64,000 nucleotides of DNA, taken from Podarcis bocagei. Lineage: Eukaryota. Positions 25,465 to 36,770 of the stretch are shown here, in pieces. The DNA is taken from NCBI GenBank assembly GCA_964188305.1, contig OZ076886.1; one strand, given 5' to 3'. The notes under the pieces are model-generated. The model was given only the letters and a program-made list of their open reading frames with translations. It did not search any database and had not been told where the DNA came from. How positions within the stretch are numbered: the first letter of the stretch is position 1; each line of letters begins with the position of its first letter. The position numbers and the translations under genes are program-made.

Positions 25465-27165
25465 TTAGTTGTAGCTTTACTACCACAGTCATAATTAGAT
25501 TATTGAGTCAGCTGCTTAAAACATTGTATCATAGTGATGTGGCATGGATACCGCTGTTTCATAATATCTTTTCCTGGGGGTCCACAAGTTATGTCCAGGC
25601 TTGATAGGAAAGTAATAATAAACATTCTACTAGCCTGCAAGGAGCATCTGACCGTACAGAGTGCTGCCCTCTTTCTTCCAAGCAAGTGCTTCCTGCTACT
25701 ATCACAGAATTAAGGAGAAAGACTAACAACACAGAGGGCATGGCCCTCAGTCCGTTCTGAAAATTAAGCAGCACATATAATCTCTGCAAGTTTGGTACAA
25801 CTAGAGAACACCCACCCACTCCCTGAAAATTACCAAACTCGTAAACCCATAGCTCTGCAGGATTAAAATTCTCCCCTTCCCTTAACTCTCTGGTTCCATT
25901 GCCTTAGACCACCTTGCTGTTCTCTGTAGCCATCCTGACCAAAGTCTTTACTTGTACCAGAGCAGGCTAATAACTTCTATGAGTTTATTTATTTAGAAGG
26001 CTGAAATAGTACAAGGCAGCTGTGTTCAAAGTGCTTGGATGTGGATAGTTTGCAAACACAAATCAGGCAGATGTTATTGAATGAACAACTTGGCAGGTGT
26101 GAGCAGGATCCCAAGTAGAAATATTTAACAGCCACATGAGCTTCTTTGTGGAAACATAACCTGACCCATCTTAAGCTTGACTAAATCTGCATTTTAAGGC
26201 TTTTCTCCTTTGACCTCCACCTTCAGTTTATTCTATACTACTTCGCTAAATATGCACTTAAGCTTTCATACCTTAAAATGATATGCCAGCTTTCTTCCTT
26301 TTACGTTTAGCTGTAGTCTAGGTTTAACTGCAGTTGATGCTTAATGGCTCCAGCAGAGTTGAGAAGCTCTAAGTTGTTACATCTTTATTTCCTCAGGACT
26401 CTGCTTTCCATTTTTGGTGACTGTTGAGCAGATTTCAGCAGATAGTGCCACCAACTTCTGTTGCTGACTGATGCTTTATTGGTAAAAGCTTGTTTTTTTT
26501 AAAAAAATGAAAATGGCAGAGTTCAGTTGCTGTTTTACTCTCTCAGCTTCTCAAGTACATTTTTGAACATGAGTCAGCTGCTAGCTCATGGGGAAAAAAG
26601 TACTTGTTTAGTAGTTAACAGAAGAACACGCATTTTTTAAAAAAGAAGGGTTAAATGCATCAGATTTTAATAGGAGTGATCTTGTGTGGGTATCATTTAA
26701 CTGCACAGCTACAGAATGCCCTCTGCTGAACATGTGTGCAAGTAAAGGAGTAAGAATCACTCTTAGCAGATTGTAGGAAGGCATTTTAAGCAGGATTTCA
26801 AACCAGGCCTTGAGGTATGCATACAAATTAGTTTTTTAAATAGATGCAGCAGATTGGTAATTTGAAAATGCAGGTCACTTTGAATTGCAACATTTTCCAT
26901 TATTTTTAGCATTTTTGATTGGTTATTTTCATTATATAGCTATCCTTTACCATCCGGGAAAACTTTATTCTGTTTTATATTCAGCTGGATGTAGTTATTC
27001 AAGTTCTGTCTAAAAACAATGTTTCAGCTTTGGTTTTCATTTGAAATTAATGCAGCCAGTATTTGTGATTACATATATAATGCAGGTTGTCACTTGTTAA
27101 CATATTAACAGACATACTGTAAATCTTACCACATTCCTTGCTGTTCTCCTCAGCTCTTCCTGTCT

Positions 27166-27316
27166 TCATAGAATTGTAGAGTTGGAAGGTTCCCTGAGGG
27201 TCATCTAGTCCAACCCCCTGTAATGCAGGAATCCTGCCCACAGTCATCCCTGTGTGGGCTCGAACCATCAACCTTCTGGTTAGCAGCTAGGTGCACTGAC
27301 CCGTTGCGCCACCTGA
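27166..27316 (-). mobile_element. Squam2-like SINE (tRNA head, CR1 tail)
   Basis: tcatagaattgtagagttggaagg...gtcatctagtccaaccccc tail; antisense head gggctcgaacc...ttgcgccacc. Confidence 0.85.
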
Positions 27317-30029
27317 GGGATAAAGACAAATCTTAACTGCCAACATGCACTTGAGCTGTGACCTCCAGAGATGAAAATGATTTCAGATGTTGTATAGAGT
27401 GGAGTAGAGCCATGATTTCCTAGATCCGATATGATTTTGATGTTTTAATTGGTTGCTACTAGGGTCTGTGGCTGTGTAAACTAAAGCTTGCACAGTCTCG
27501 TTTGGATTTAGAAGCAGGATTACCCAGCAGTGAAGTATTAGCAATGTATGTTGTTCTTTATGTGACTCTTGGGAATAAGGACACTTGACCAAATTAGCAA
27601 TGAATGAGTGAGCCAATGAGTAGGTGTTATGATTTCCCTTTTCTCTCCTAAAATTTGGTAACCTTTAAAATGTTATCTAAAGGTATGGGGCAGACATGTT
27701 TTGTTGCAGCTGGGCCAGATGAAGGTGTGTTGTGCTGCTGCAGATGCACCACGGCGTTTCTGAGGAAGGATAAAGGATTTCACTGTCAATAGGGTCTATG
27801 TCAGGCTTCCATCTCAAAACACAATGACTCTTGCAAATAAGGAAGAGGTCTTTCTTCAGGCAAATAGCCGTCCAGGCTGAGCAGCAAACACAAGGTCCAG
27901 AATGCAAGACTTCAAGGTATATGAGCAAGGCAGGAGGTTCAGAAGTGATGAAGCTTTTGCCAAGCTTTTAAAGATGACAACTTATAGGTTCAGTTATAGG
28001 ACTCTCTTGCTCTTTGAGCCTGCTGCGCACATATGCTCTGTTGGGGTGGATGCCTCTGATCCCACCTATGAAGGTGGCAATGGGATCTTGGTGACAAGGT
28101 TGTCTTCTGCCCCTTTGCCTCCAGCTCTGGCACTGTCACTTCCTGTCCAGGCCCTCACTGGCTGGTCAAGGTCTCTCTCCCTCACCCCTAAGACTGTTCA
28201 CTCTGCAGGAAGGGCGGGGGGGGGGGGAGAGCTGGCAGTGCTGCTTCCTTCCTCTGTCATCTAGAGTTCCCTAGGTGCCCGCTTTCTGTTCTCCCATCTT
28301 CTGCTACTTCTGCTTTCTCCTCTTCTGTTTGGAACAGCCAAATCATGCCAGTTCTTAATGAAGCCAAGGTTCCCGTGATACCTATTGCTCTGGTGCTTTC
28401 AAAATGTGGCCATGATGAAGACATTGCTTGCAGAAATGGGTTTTTTTAAAGCAAGTCTTTGTTTACTCACATAATTGCCAGTATTTCAGTTTTTGGCTTT
28501 GCTCCGTATTCGCATGTTGGGTGTTGTCAGATGCTGCTAATTTTTCAATCCAGTCTTGTGGTGAGAACATTAAGTCAGAGTACATTTTGGTTATGGAGTA
28601 AGGAAAGGCAACTGTAAGCATTTATCGGAAACTTGGGTATTTCCTAAAATATAATCTCAGCCAGATGTCTTTTCTTAATGTGTCTGCTCAGCTTGATAAA
28701 GACTGATGTTTTAAAGCTTATGAGATAATACTCAAATCAAGAAGATAAGTATGAAAAAAAGAGATCTTCCAGAGATGACTGGGAATTTTTGTTGTTGCTT
28801 CTGCTTTCGGTGTTCCTCAACACCAGCTGCAGGGTTACCTGATACAAGCTCTGTCCAGCAAGCCACTAAGCTCCTGAATTGCAAACAGATGCCCATTCTA
28901 TTGCCTGTGCCTAGGACAGTTTGTTTGCACATTACCTGTTTGATTCCTCCATACCTTAGTTTTTTTCCTTCTGATTGACTGATGATTCTTTGTTCCTGCT
29001 CCCATCTCTTAAATATCTCCCCTGCCTTTAAGTGGATCAGATAACCTCTAACTCTGCTTTCTCAGCTAACCATGGATTTGGTTTTCCTGTACTTCAAAAA
29101 GCTGCACTAATACCAGGTAAAATGTGTGGCACTGCCCAGAGCTCATTCATCTGAGAACGGTTTGACTGCTGAGACCCTCTGCTTCCATTGTGCAGCATTC
29201 TAATAAGTGAATGTTCCCTGTTCATATTTTATTCACATGTATCTGAAAATTAATGCACCCTCTTCATTTTTAAACTCAGAGGAATAACAAAGTTGGTGTC
29301 ATGGTTAACACAGCGTGCCAAAGATTTATTTATAGAAGAAGAATATAGTATCTTGCAGTTTGAACACACAGGTACCAGGAAGGAAAAATACAGCCAAGCA
29401 CATTTCATATAAAATTCCGGAAACATACTACTTTTGATAAAAGAATTGGTGAGGTGAGCTTAATATTTGATATGTCACTAGTAATTGCAGATGTAAGGTG
29501 AAAAACGAGTAGCCAGATACATCTGAGAATGAGGAGCAGTGTGCTTAAACTGACTTCATTGTATTCTCAAGTCAAGTGGAAAAACAAAACACAGGCCTGG
29601 AATCCTGCAAAGGTCAAACTAATTTTCAGTTGTATGACAATGGGTAATCTTGCTAGCAATGGAAAGATGATTGTAAAGTCTCCCTGGTTTCCTTCCTTTA
29701 CTGCCATGATTTATTTTTCTGGTAATTTAGACTCCTTCAGACAACATTTTGCCATGTAATTTAGTTTGGCAGGATTCTTCTGCATAGTTGTCTGTAGTAT
29801 GCTGATTGTTTTCTTTAACTATCAGATGACTTAGGCACTGAAAATGCTGTTAATGGAGATATTGATTCCTAATTGTTGCTCTAATGCAAAGCTTGGTTTT
29901 CACATCCATGTTAGGTAGTGAACAAAAGTATTTTACTCCACGATTTTAAGACATGAAAAACACATATTTTTGCAGTTAAATGGTACTGGTATTCTTTTCT
30001 GCTGCTTTCATCTGTTTAATACCTTTAGA

Positions 30030-30225
30030 CATAGGTTTGGGGTGTTCCTGGTTCTGTCTTCGTCACTTGAGGCGCATGTGGCCTCAGTAGCTAGGAGTAC
30101 CTTTTACCAGCTTTGGTTGGTAATACAGGTGTGGCTATTCCTGAACCAAGATAGCTTGGCCACTGTGATCTTGGCACAGGTCACCTCAAGACTGTCTTAC
30201 TGCAGTGTATCCTAAGTGAGCCTTC
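30030..30225 (+). mobile_element. L2 LINE RT fragment
   Basis: GVFL..SSSLEAHVASVARSTFYQLWL...DSLATVILAQVTSRLSYC matches the L2 ORF2 motif. Confidence 0.85.
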
Positions 30226-30324
30226 CTTTAGGTCTAACCCAGTGAGTAGGATAGAATAATAGATTAATAAAGTAACACAACTGGAGAGAAAGAGAAAGAG
30301 AGTCCCAGCCCTACAGAGGCAATT

Positions 30325-31490
30325 TGATGAACATGAGTTGACGCTTGCTATGATTGAACTTAAAGAAAAACAGACGAATCTGAGGATTAGAGTTCACCTT
30401 TGGTGGACATGCCCAAGGATTAAGACACTCTGGGAGATGATTTATAACGAAATGAAAAAGGTATTTAAATATACCCTTTTGAAGAAACCAGAGGCCTTTC
30501 TCCTGGGCATGGTCGGCCAATTGGTGTTAAAGAAGGATAGAACTTTTTTTACGTATGCAACAATAGCAGCAAGAATACTCATCGTGAAGTATTGGAAGAC
30601 ACAAGATTTACCCACCCGGGAAGAATGGCAGATGAAGTTGATGGACTATATGGAACTGGCGGAAATGACTGGCAGAAATCCGAGACCAGGGAGAAGAGTC
30701 GGTGGAAGAAGACTGGAAAAAGTTTAAAGACTATTTATAGAAATACTGTAAAATTAATGAATGCTAGAAGAATGTTGGAATGAAGTTATATGGCTTTAGT
30801 AGAAATGTTATAAGGAATTAAGTATAAATAGATTAATAGAATATTAAAGGAAAAAATATGGTTAGAATGTGTTAAGATAATTATAGGATAGAAAACAGAG
30901 GAAGATGGAAAGGAATTGCTGAAACAATTAATAGAAGTGGAATACAAAAAGGGAGGTGTGAGGAGGTCGTTGAAATAAGTGAATGAAAGATAAGATATTG
31001 AAATTGTTTGATGTGTTTAAAATTGTTTTTGTTTTGTTTTGTCAGTTTAATGTGTGAGTGTTGTGTAGTGTTTGTGTATTGTATTGTGCAGTGGTGCCTC
31101 GCAAGACGAAAATAATCCGTTCCGCGAGTCTCTTCGTCTAGCGGTTTTTTCGTCTTGCGAAGCAACCCTATTAGCGGATTAGCGCTATTAGCGGTTTAGC
31201 GGATTAGCGGCTATTAAAGGCTTAGCGGCTTAGCGGCTAAAAGGCTATTAGCGGCTTAGAAAAAGGGGGGGGAAGCGGGGAAAAAAATCGGAACACTTGC
31301 AAGACCATAGGGAAATTCGTCTTGCGAAGCAGCTCAAAAACGGAAAACCCTTTCGTCTAGTGGGTTTTCCGTCTTGCGAGGCATTCGTCTTGCGGGGCAC
31401 CACTGTTGTTCTTTTTGTATTGTTCTTTTCTTTTTGTGTAGTGTTTAAATTGTTGAAAAAGTAATAAATATTATTAAAAAACAAAACAAA
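30325..31490 (+). mobile_element. L1-clade LINE 3' end (ORF2 C-terminus plus 3'UTR), interrupted by a MITE
   Basis: HLWWTCPRIKTLW...PEAFLLG...AARILIVKYWK...PTREEW; GT-rich 3'UTR, AATAAA and an A-rich tail at ~31463-31493. Confidence 0.88.
31089..31405. mobile_element. Tigger/pogo-type MITE with internal TTAGCGG repeats
   Basis: TIRs cagtggtgcctcgcaagacgaa ... ttcgtcttgcggggcaccactg; CpG-rich, so probably young. Confidence 0.88.
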
Positions 31491-31935
31491 GAAAAGTCAT
31501 TCGTGTACTTCACTGCCCTTAGTAGAGTGTTAGCAAAAGTTTTTTTCTGCATCACAGAGAGTACAGTTTGTAGGCTGCATTGGAAATCATTTGCTAAGCA
31601 ATAGCTTACCTACATATTATTAAGAATGCTTTACTGTACTGTGTAATATTCTAGACGTTTGTGCAAAATGTATCTGCATCCATCACTGTTGTAGAACCCT
31701 GGCAATTGGAAAAGTGCTGCAAGGAAAGGTAGCTCATGCAAGAAATTAAGGGATCCTAAGCTTCATTCACTTGACACTCTCATGTACATAGAATTAAAAG
31801 GAAGTGACACTATACTTTATAAGGATGTATCTCACATAGCCTGCAATACTAAAATGCTGTACTTGAAAATGGTTTAGTGGCGCATGTGCAAACCCCATTC
31901 ATGAGAGTGCCTAGTCCCCATGCCTTCATTTAGAC

Positions 31936-32121
31936 CAGGGGTAGTCAATCTTTTTATACCTACCGCCCACTAATGCATCTTTCTTGATGGTGAAATTTCC
32001 TTACCGCCCACCGGTGCTCAATGGAAGGAGGATTCAACTTGTGCTGTAGAACCCCCTACCGCCCACCTAGAATCCTGAAACGCCCACTAGTGGGCGGTAG
32101 GGACCAGGTTGACAACCCCTG
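31936..32121. mobile_element. hAT MITE
   Basis: TIRs caggggtagtcaa / ttgacaacccctg; 8-bp TSD atttagac/atttagag. Confidence 0.9.
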
Positions 32122-32199
32122 ATTTAGAGGAGAATTTAAGAAGCAAGCGTATAGCATGAGGCTTGGCAGTCATACATGTAAAAATGATCTTGGAATTGC

Positions 32200-32620
32200 A
32201 GCTGATCATAAACTGAACATGTTTTGACAGTGGTGTTTCTACCAAAAAAGATGGAGAGAGAAATGGTAGCATGATTTTAATAGAACTGCAGTTCCCAAGT
32301 CATAGGATGTAATGTGCTAGTCAGATCTTATCTGGAGTGTTGTATCAAGTTCTTGGCATCACGCTTCAAGAAGACTCTAAACAAATTGCAGCAGGTACAG
32401 ATGAGGGCAGTGGTGAGATGTCACTTGATGTGGTTGAAATAAGTGGGTGAAATTAATGGTATTTGGTCAATGGAACCAATTGCCTTAGGGAGTGGGCGGA
32501 TGGGCTCTCCCTCACTGCAGGTTTGCAAGCAGAGGCTGGACAATCATTTGTTTCAGATGCTGTAGCTCTGGGTGTCCTGCATCAGGAAGGGGTTAGAAGT
32601 CCCCAACCAAGTTTATGATC
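32200..32620 (+). mobile_element. Degraded CR1 3' fragment
   Basis: ctagtcagatcttatctggagtgttgtatcaagttcttggcatcacgcttcaagaagac (LVR..LE.C.QFW.P.FKKD-like) and tggaaccaattgccttagg...aagcagaggctggac. Confidence 0.7.
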
Positions 32621-33309
32621 CTCAGAAATCAGCTTCAAGTGATTTATCTCCAATGCAAGGACCTCCAGGTCCAAGAAGAGATACCTGACTGTTAAGAACC
32701 AGGTTTTAGTTACAGATTTGGAGCTTGTTTAATCCATTTGGATTGAGAAGTAAGGGACTACTCTTCTCCCTTCAAGCTGACTGTTCTGTGATCTTTTGCT
32801 AATTTGTAATTAGTGTGATGTAAAAAACAGTCCTAAAGTTCAGAAGAGTAGGTGTTGCCCACTATTTTTATTTTCACCCCAGACAAGCTTCTATGTTTTC
32901 TTCTGCTTAGCTTAAAAGGTCTGCCTTGGTTCTCAAACACAATGTGGAGTACCCCCCCCCCTGGACTGCGCAAATAGCTCTTGTCTCTTGCTGAGTCTCC
33001 TGCTTCCTGTGGTTTGCTACTGCAGTTCTTGCAGGCAACAGGCAGGTACCACATGCCCTACAGGTTCATTCTAGTAAAAGAAAACAGTTCTGGCTCTTTG
33101 TTCAGAGGCACCTTGATAAACACACATGTATCTGTGAACCTAATGCATCCAGTTCTATATAAGAGAGGGTTGTGCAGTGATAACGGTATTAACAAGGAAC
33201 ATGCCTTGCAGGAATGAGAATTGGAATTGTTTTAATAGATTAGGATTATATGAAGGCACAGCATGTGGCTGTTGGCCCTAAATGGGCAAAAGGACAATAT
33301 TTGGTTTTT

Positions 33310-33311
<2 letters not shown>

Positions 33312-33346
<35 letters not shown>
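33312..33346. repeat. (GT)n microsatellite
   Basis: Direct reading. Confidence 0.97.
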
Positions 33347-33348
<2 letters not shown>

Positions 33349-34028
33349 GCTTTGTTTAATCACTTTTTAATATACTGATATAAAGCCACATCTGTCTAGC
33401 TCTATTTTCTGTTAAATTGTCTGTAAACAGAATAAGGAGCCTTGAGGCTATGCAAAAGTGAAAGATATGTATGGAGAAATTGCAGATAGCTCTTCAGAGG
33501 AAGGTGAAAAGGCTAAGGTGAGGAAAAAAGGAGATTGTTCTAACAATATGAATGGAAGATTACAGCATGAGATACATGATTATTTAGATTTGGCAGCAGT
33601 CCCAAATTGATGCAAAGAACATCTAAGGACATGTCTAGTGATGAATAAGTTCCATTGGGTCTCAGCTAAACAAGGTTAGGATTGCAGCCTAATACAATGG
33701 TAATCCTGAACATTGTATAATAAATTTGGTGAAAAAGCTTGATGTTTTCTTCCTTTCCAATATTGTTTGCCTATTTAAATTTGCCCATTAACAACTCTCA
33801 GGTGTGTGTGTGAGCACTTGCAGAATAATGCTGCTGCCAGCCTGACCTCCCCTGACCTCACTATCATGTCACCCCTTCCTGTTGAGCAGCAATGTTGCCA
33901 GGAGAGCACCAAAGCCACTCTGTCCCCTCAATGCATTGATTCCGTTGGTAAAAATCAAGGCCTTCGCATGACAATTTTTCTTGTTTCAAAGAAACAATAT
34001 ATTCTGCAATATATGCCCTTGTGGATGT

Positions 34029-35145
34029 GCCGTGTCACTAGCCTCTTTCAAAAGAATTAATAAAGATCTCAGTTTGGAGAGACAAGTTTGTCCCTGTGTG
34101 CAAATTGTGGGATATGTTTAGCAAATTATAACATCTTGGAGATCCTGGGCCTCAGGGAGATTAGGCTTGCCTCAGCCTTGGCTCCGGCCTGGTGGAACGC
34201 TCTGCCACAAGAGATCAGGGCCCTGCGGGATTTGACATCTTTCCGCAGGGCCCACAAGACGGAGTTGTTCCGCCAGGCCTTTGGTCAGGGCTCAGCCTGA
34301 CTCCCCTTCTCTTTTTGTATAACAACAAGTATGAAAGTGGCCTCCCAGCATTCTCACAGGCCCATATAAGAACAGTGTAAACACCTGGGCCTGATGAGCA
34401 TTTACTGTTACGAACCCTAATCCTGCAGAAAGCCATCTAATTAGATTTTAATTTGATCCTGACTTGTTTTTAGGAGGTAACTTAATTATTGTTTGATTTT
34501 ATACCAATGTTATATATCTGATGTTAGCCACCCTGAGCCCGGTTTTGGCCGGGGATGGTGGGATACAAATAAAAATTGATGATGATGATGATTATGATGA
34601 TGATACAGAGGAAGCTGAAGCAGCAGTATATGCCACCCTAAATCTGCAAGACATGGCATGCAATTCTAAACGTATAGTAATTACAAGCATATTCTGTTTA
34701 TGGTGAAGATGTGTGTGAGGAGAAGGTAGGCTGTGTCCCTGCAGCTTGGAGCATAGGCCAGACAGTGGTTGAAAAACTACCAACCCATTTACAGGATTCT
34801 TGGTGGCATATAAGAACTGACAACTTCACCATCAATGTGCCATTGGACAGGGGACTTCTGTCTGGGATACTGAAAAACATTTGAAATTTCCCTGAAATTC
34901 TTTCCCTGCAAAAGGATCTTCCTACTTGACCTTGGTCTAGAGTTTATTAAACCCCAGTTTGAGTCTAGACACAGCTACTTTGTTTAGCATATCAAGAGAA
35001 GCAGCCACAGAACTGATTGGACTTGCTACAGGGGGAGGTGTCATCTTTGTGGCCAATGTAATAATAGACAATTGGAGCAGTGAACTGTTCCATGTAACCA
35101 TTTTGTCTGCCCCACTCGTGCAGTTAAGAAATGTGATCGTGCATA
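34029..35145 (+). pseudogene. Fossil piggyBac-family transposase, fragmented and split by an L2 insertion
   Basis: Manual translation gives collinear motifs: AVSLASFKRINKDL (34029), DKFVPVCKLWDMF (34081), QQYMPP/KSARHGMQF (34621), SIGQTVVEKL...HIRTDNFTINVPL (34750-34845), KRIFLLDLGLEFIKPQFESR (34910), RGRCHLCGQC...CNHFVC (35030-35110). Confidence 0.75.
34140..34603 (+). mobile_element. L2 LINE 3' end
   Basis: APAWWNALPQEIRALRDLTSFRRAHKTELFRQAF stop, then a 3'UTR ending in gttagccaccctgagccc...gggatacaaataaaa and a (GAT)n tail. Confidence 0.9.
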
Positions 35146-36562
35146 TGTTGCTCAAGTAATGTGGCTCTAATGGCTGGTCCACCGTTCCGTTGTGGGGGTC
35201 AGTGCATTTGCAGAAGAAGGTACCAGACCAGGAGGCAGCACTCCGAGTGAGGTGGGACTTCTAGTCAAAGATTATCTAGCCCTGTTATAAAACTCAGACA
35301 GTTGCTCCACGATCATGTTAAGACAATCTCAGTGTTCAGCGTCATATGCAGGTCCTCATACCCATGGTCCTGAATTCACACCTTAATCTTACCCTGCCTC
35401 ACCATCTACTTGCTTGACGAACCAGAAACTATGGACAGTCATTGCTTGCACCATCACCTCTTTTGAGTTGGGGGCATCCTGGCAGATCACACTTGACCAT
35501 ATTGTTTTACTGGGAAAGGAACTATCTCAAGGATAGCATGATTTATTCATTTTTAGTCTGTGAAGGCACAATGTGATGCAGCATTTTGTAACGCAAAGCA
35601 AAAGTTCTTTATTTTGTTGTTGTTCTTTAGAAGTGACTAAAAATCAAGGCATACACTGCTAAACTGGCTCTTATAACCAGCTGGAAATCATTGTTTTGCT
35701 TATACTTTAATTAAAAGAAACCCACACACCCTAATTGGGTAGCCTGGCCTGGTAATCTTCTGTGTAATCTTCTGAGGCAAACTTACTTTTTCCAAAGTAC
35801 ACATACTTACTAATTTTGTTTGGAAGTCTAACACTTACATAGAGGTTGCACACTAATTGTTTGCTTCTTACTGGAGTTTCTCAGCTCCTCTTACAGTAGG
35901 CTATGCCTTAAAAACAGGTATGGAAAACCTGTATTCCTCCAGAAGTAGTTGGACTCCTGTCAGCCCCAGCCAGCTATGCCAGTGGTGAGGATGATGAGAA
36001 CCATAGTTTAACATCTGGATGGTGCTAATTTTGCATTACAGTAAAAGTTATTTTCCTTCTCTCTACTTTCATAGTGATAAATACCTTACTCTGCATTTTA
36101 TTACAAAATCATCTTCTTACTTTGGAGAAACCAGAGGGATTGACATGCGTAGAAAGAGCTTCAACTAATATCGAGCCATGGATTCACCGTGGTGCAAACC
36201 CATTATTCATTTTGGTACTGGCTAATGAACGCAAAGACAGTATCGACTACATGTCCTGGTTTTGATGAATTTTCCTTTGTGTTGTGTCACCCATGGCTGT
36301 TGTCACTCATTCCCTCCCCTTTTCAGACAATATCCTTGTGTATTCCAGGTATCAGATTTGATCCATCCTTCAGCTGTCACTACCTTGGCAGAGATTCCAA
36401 ATGTATTTTCTGTGCATGTCTTTTAAGAAAAAAAGTGTTGACCAAAGTGTGCAAAAGAGGTTCTCTCCACCCCTGTGCAAAATAAATTTCTTCAGAATTG
36501 GTTGCACAATGAGTTTTCTCATTTAATTTTTAAAATTCAGTATATAATCTGTTCTTGTAAAT

Positions 36563-36770
36563 ATCTCGGGTTAAGAACTTAATTCATTCTGGAGGTCTGT
36601 TCTTAACCTAAAACTGTTCTTAACCTGAAGCACCACTTTAGCTAATGGGGCCTCCTGCTGCCGCTGCACAATTTCTGTTCTCATCCTGAAGCAAAGTTCT
36701 TAACCCGAGGTAATATTTCTGGGTTAGCGGAGTCTGTAACCTGAAGCGTATGTAACCTGAGGTACCACTG
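36563..36770 (-). mobile_element. Tigger/pogo-type MITE (CAGTGGTACC family), one end truncated
   Basis: Matches 44555-44780 and 49696-49934; right TIR gaggtaccactg|TA intact, left TIR partly missing. Confidence 0.9.

Noticed and set aside
31171-31258. Short TTAGCGG repeats resembling CRISPR or telomeric arrays
   Set aside because: No unique spacers, not TTAGGG, and internal to a MITE in a vertebrate genome
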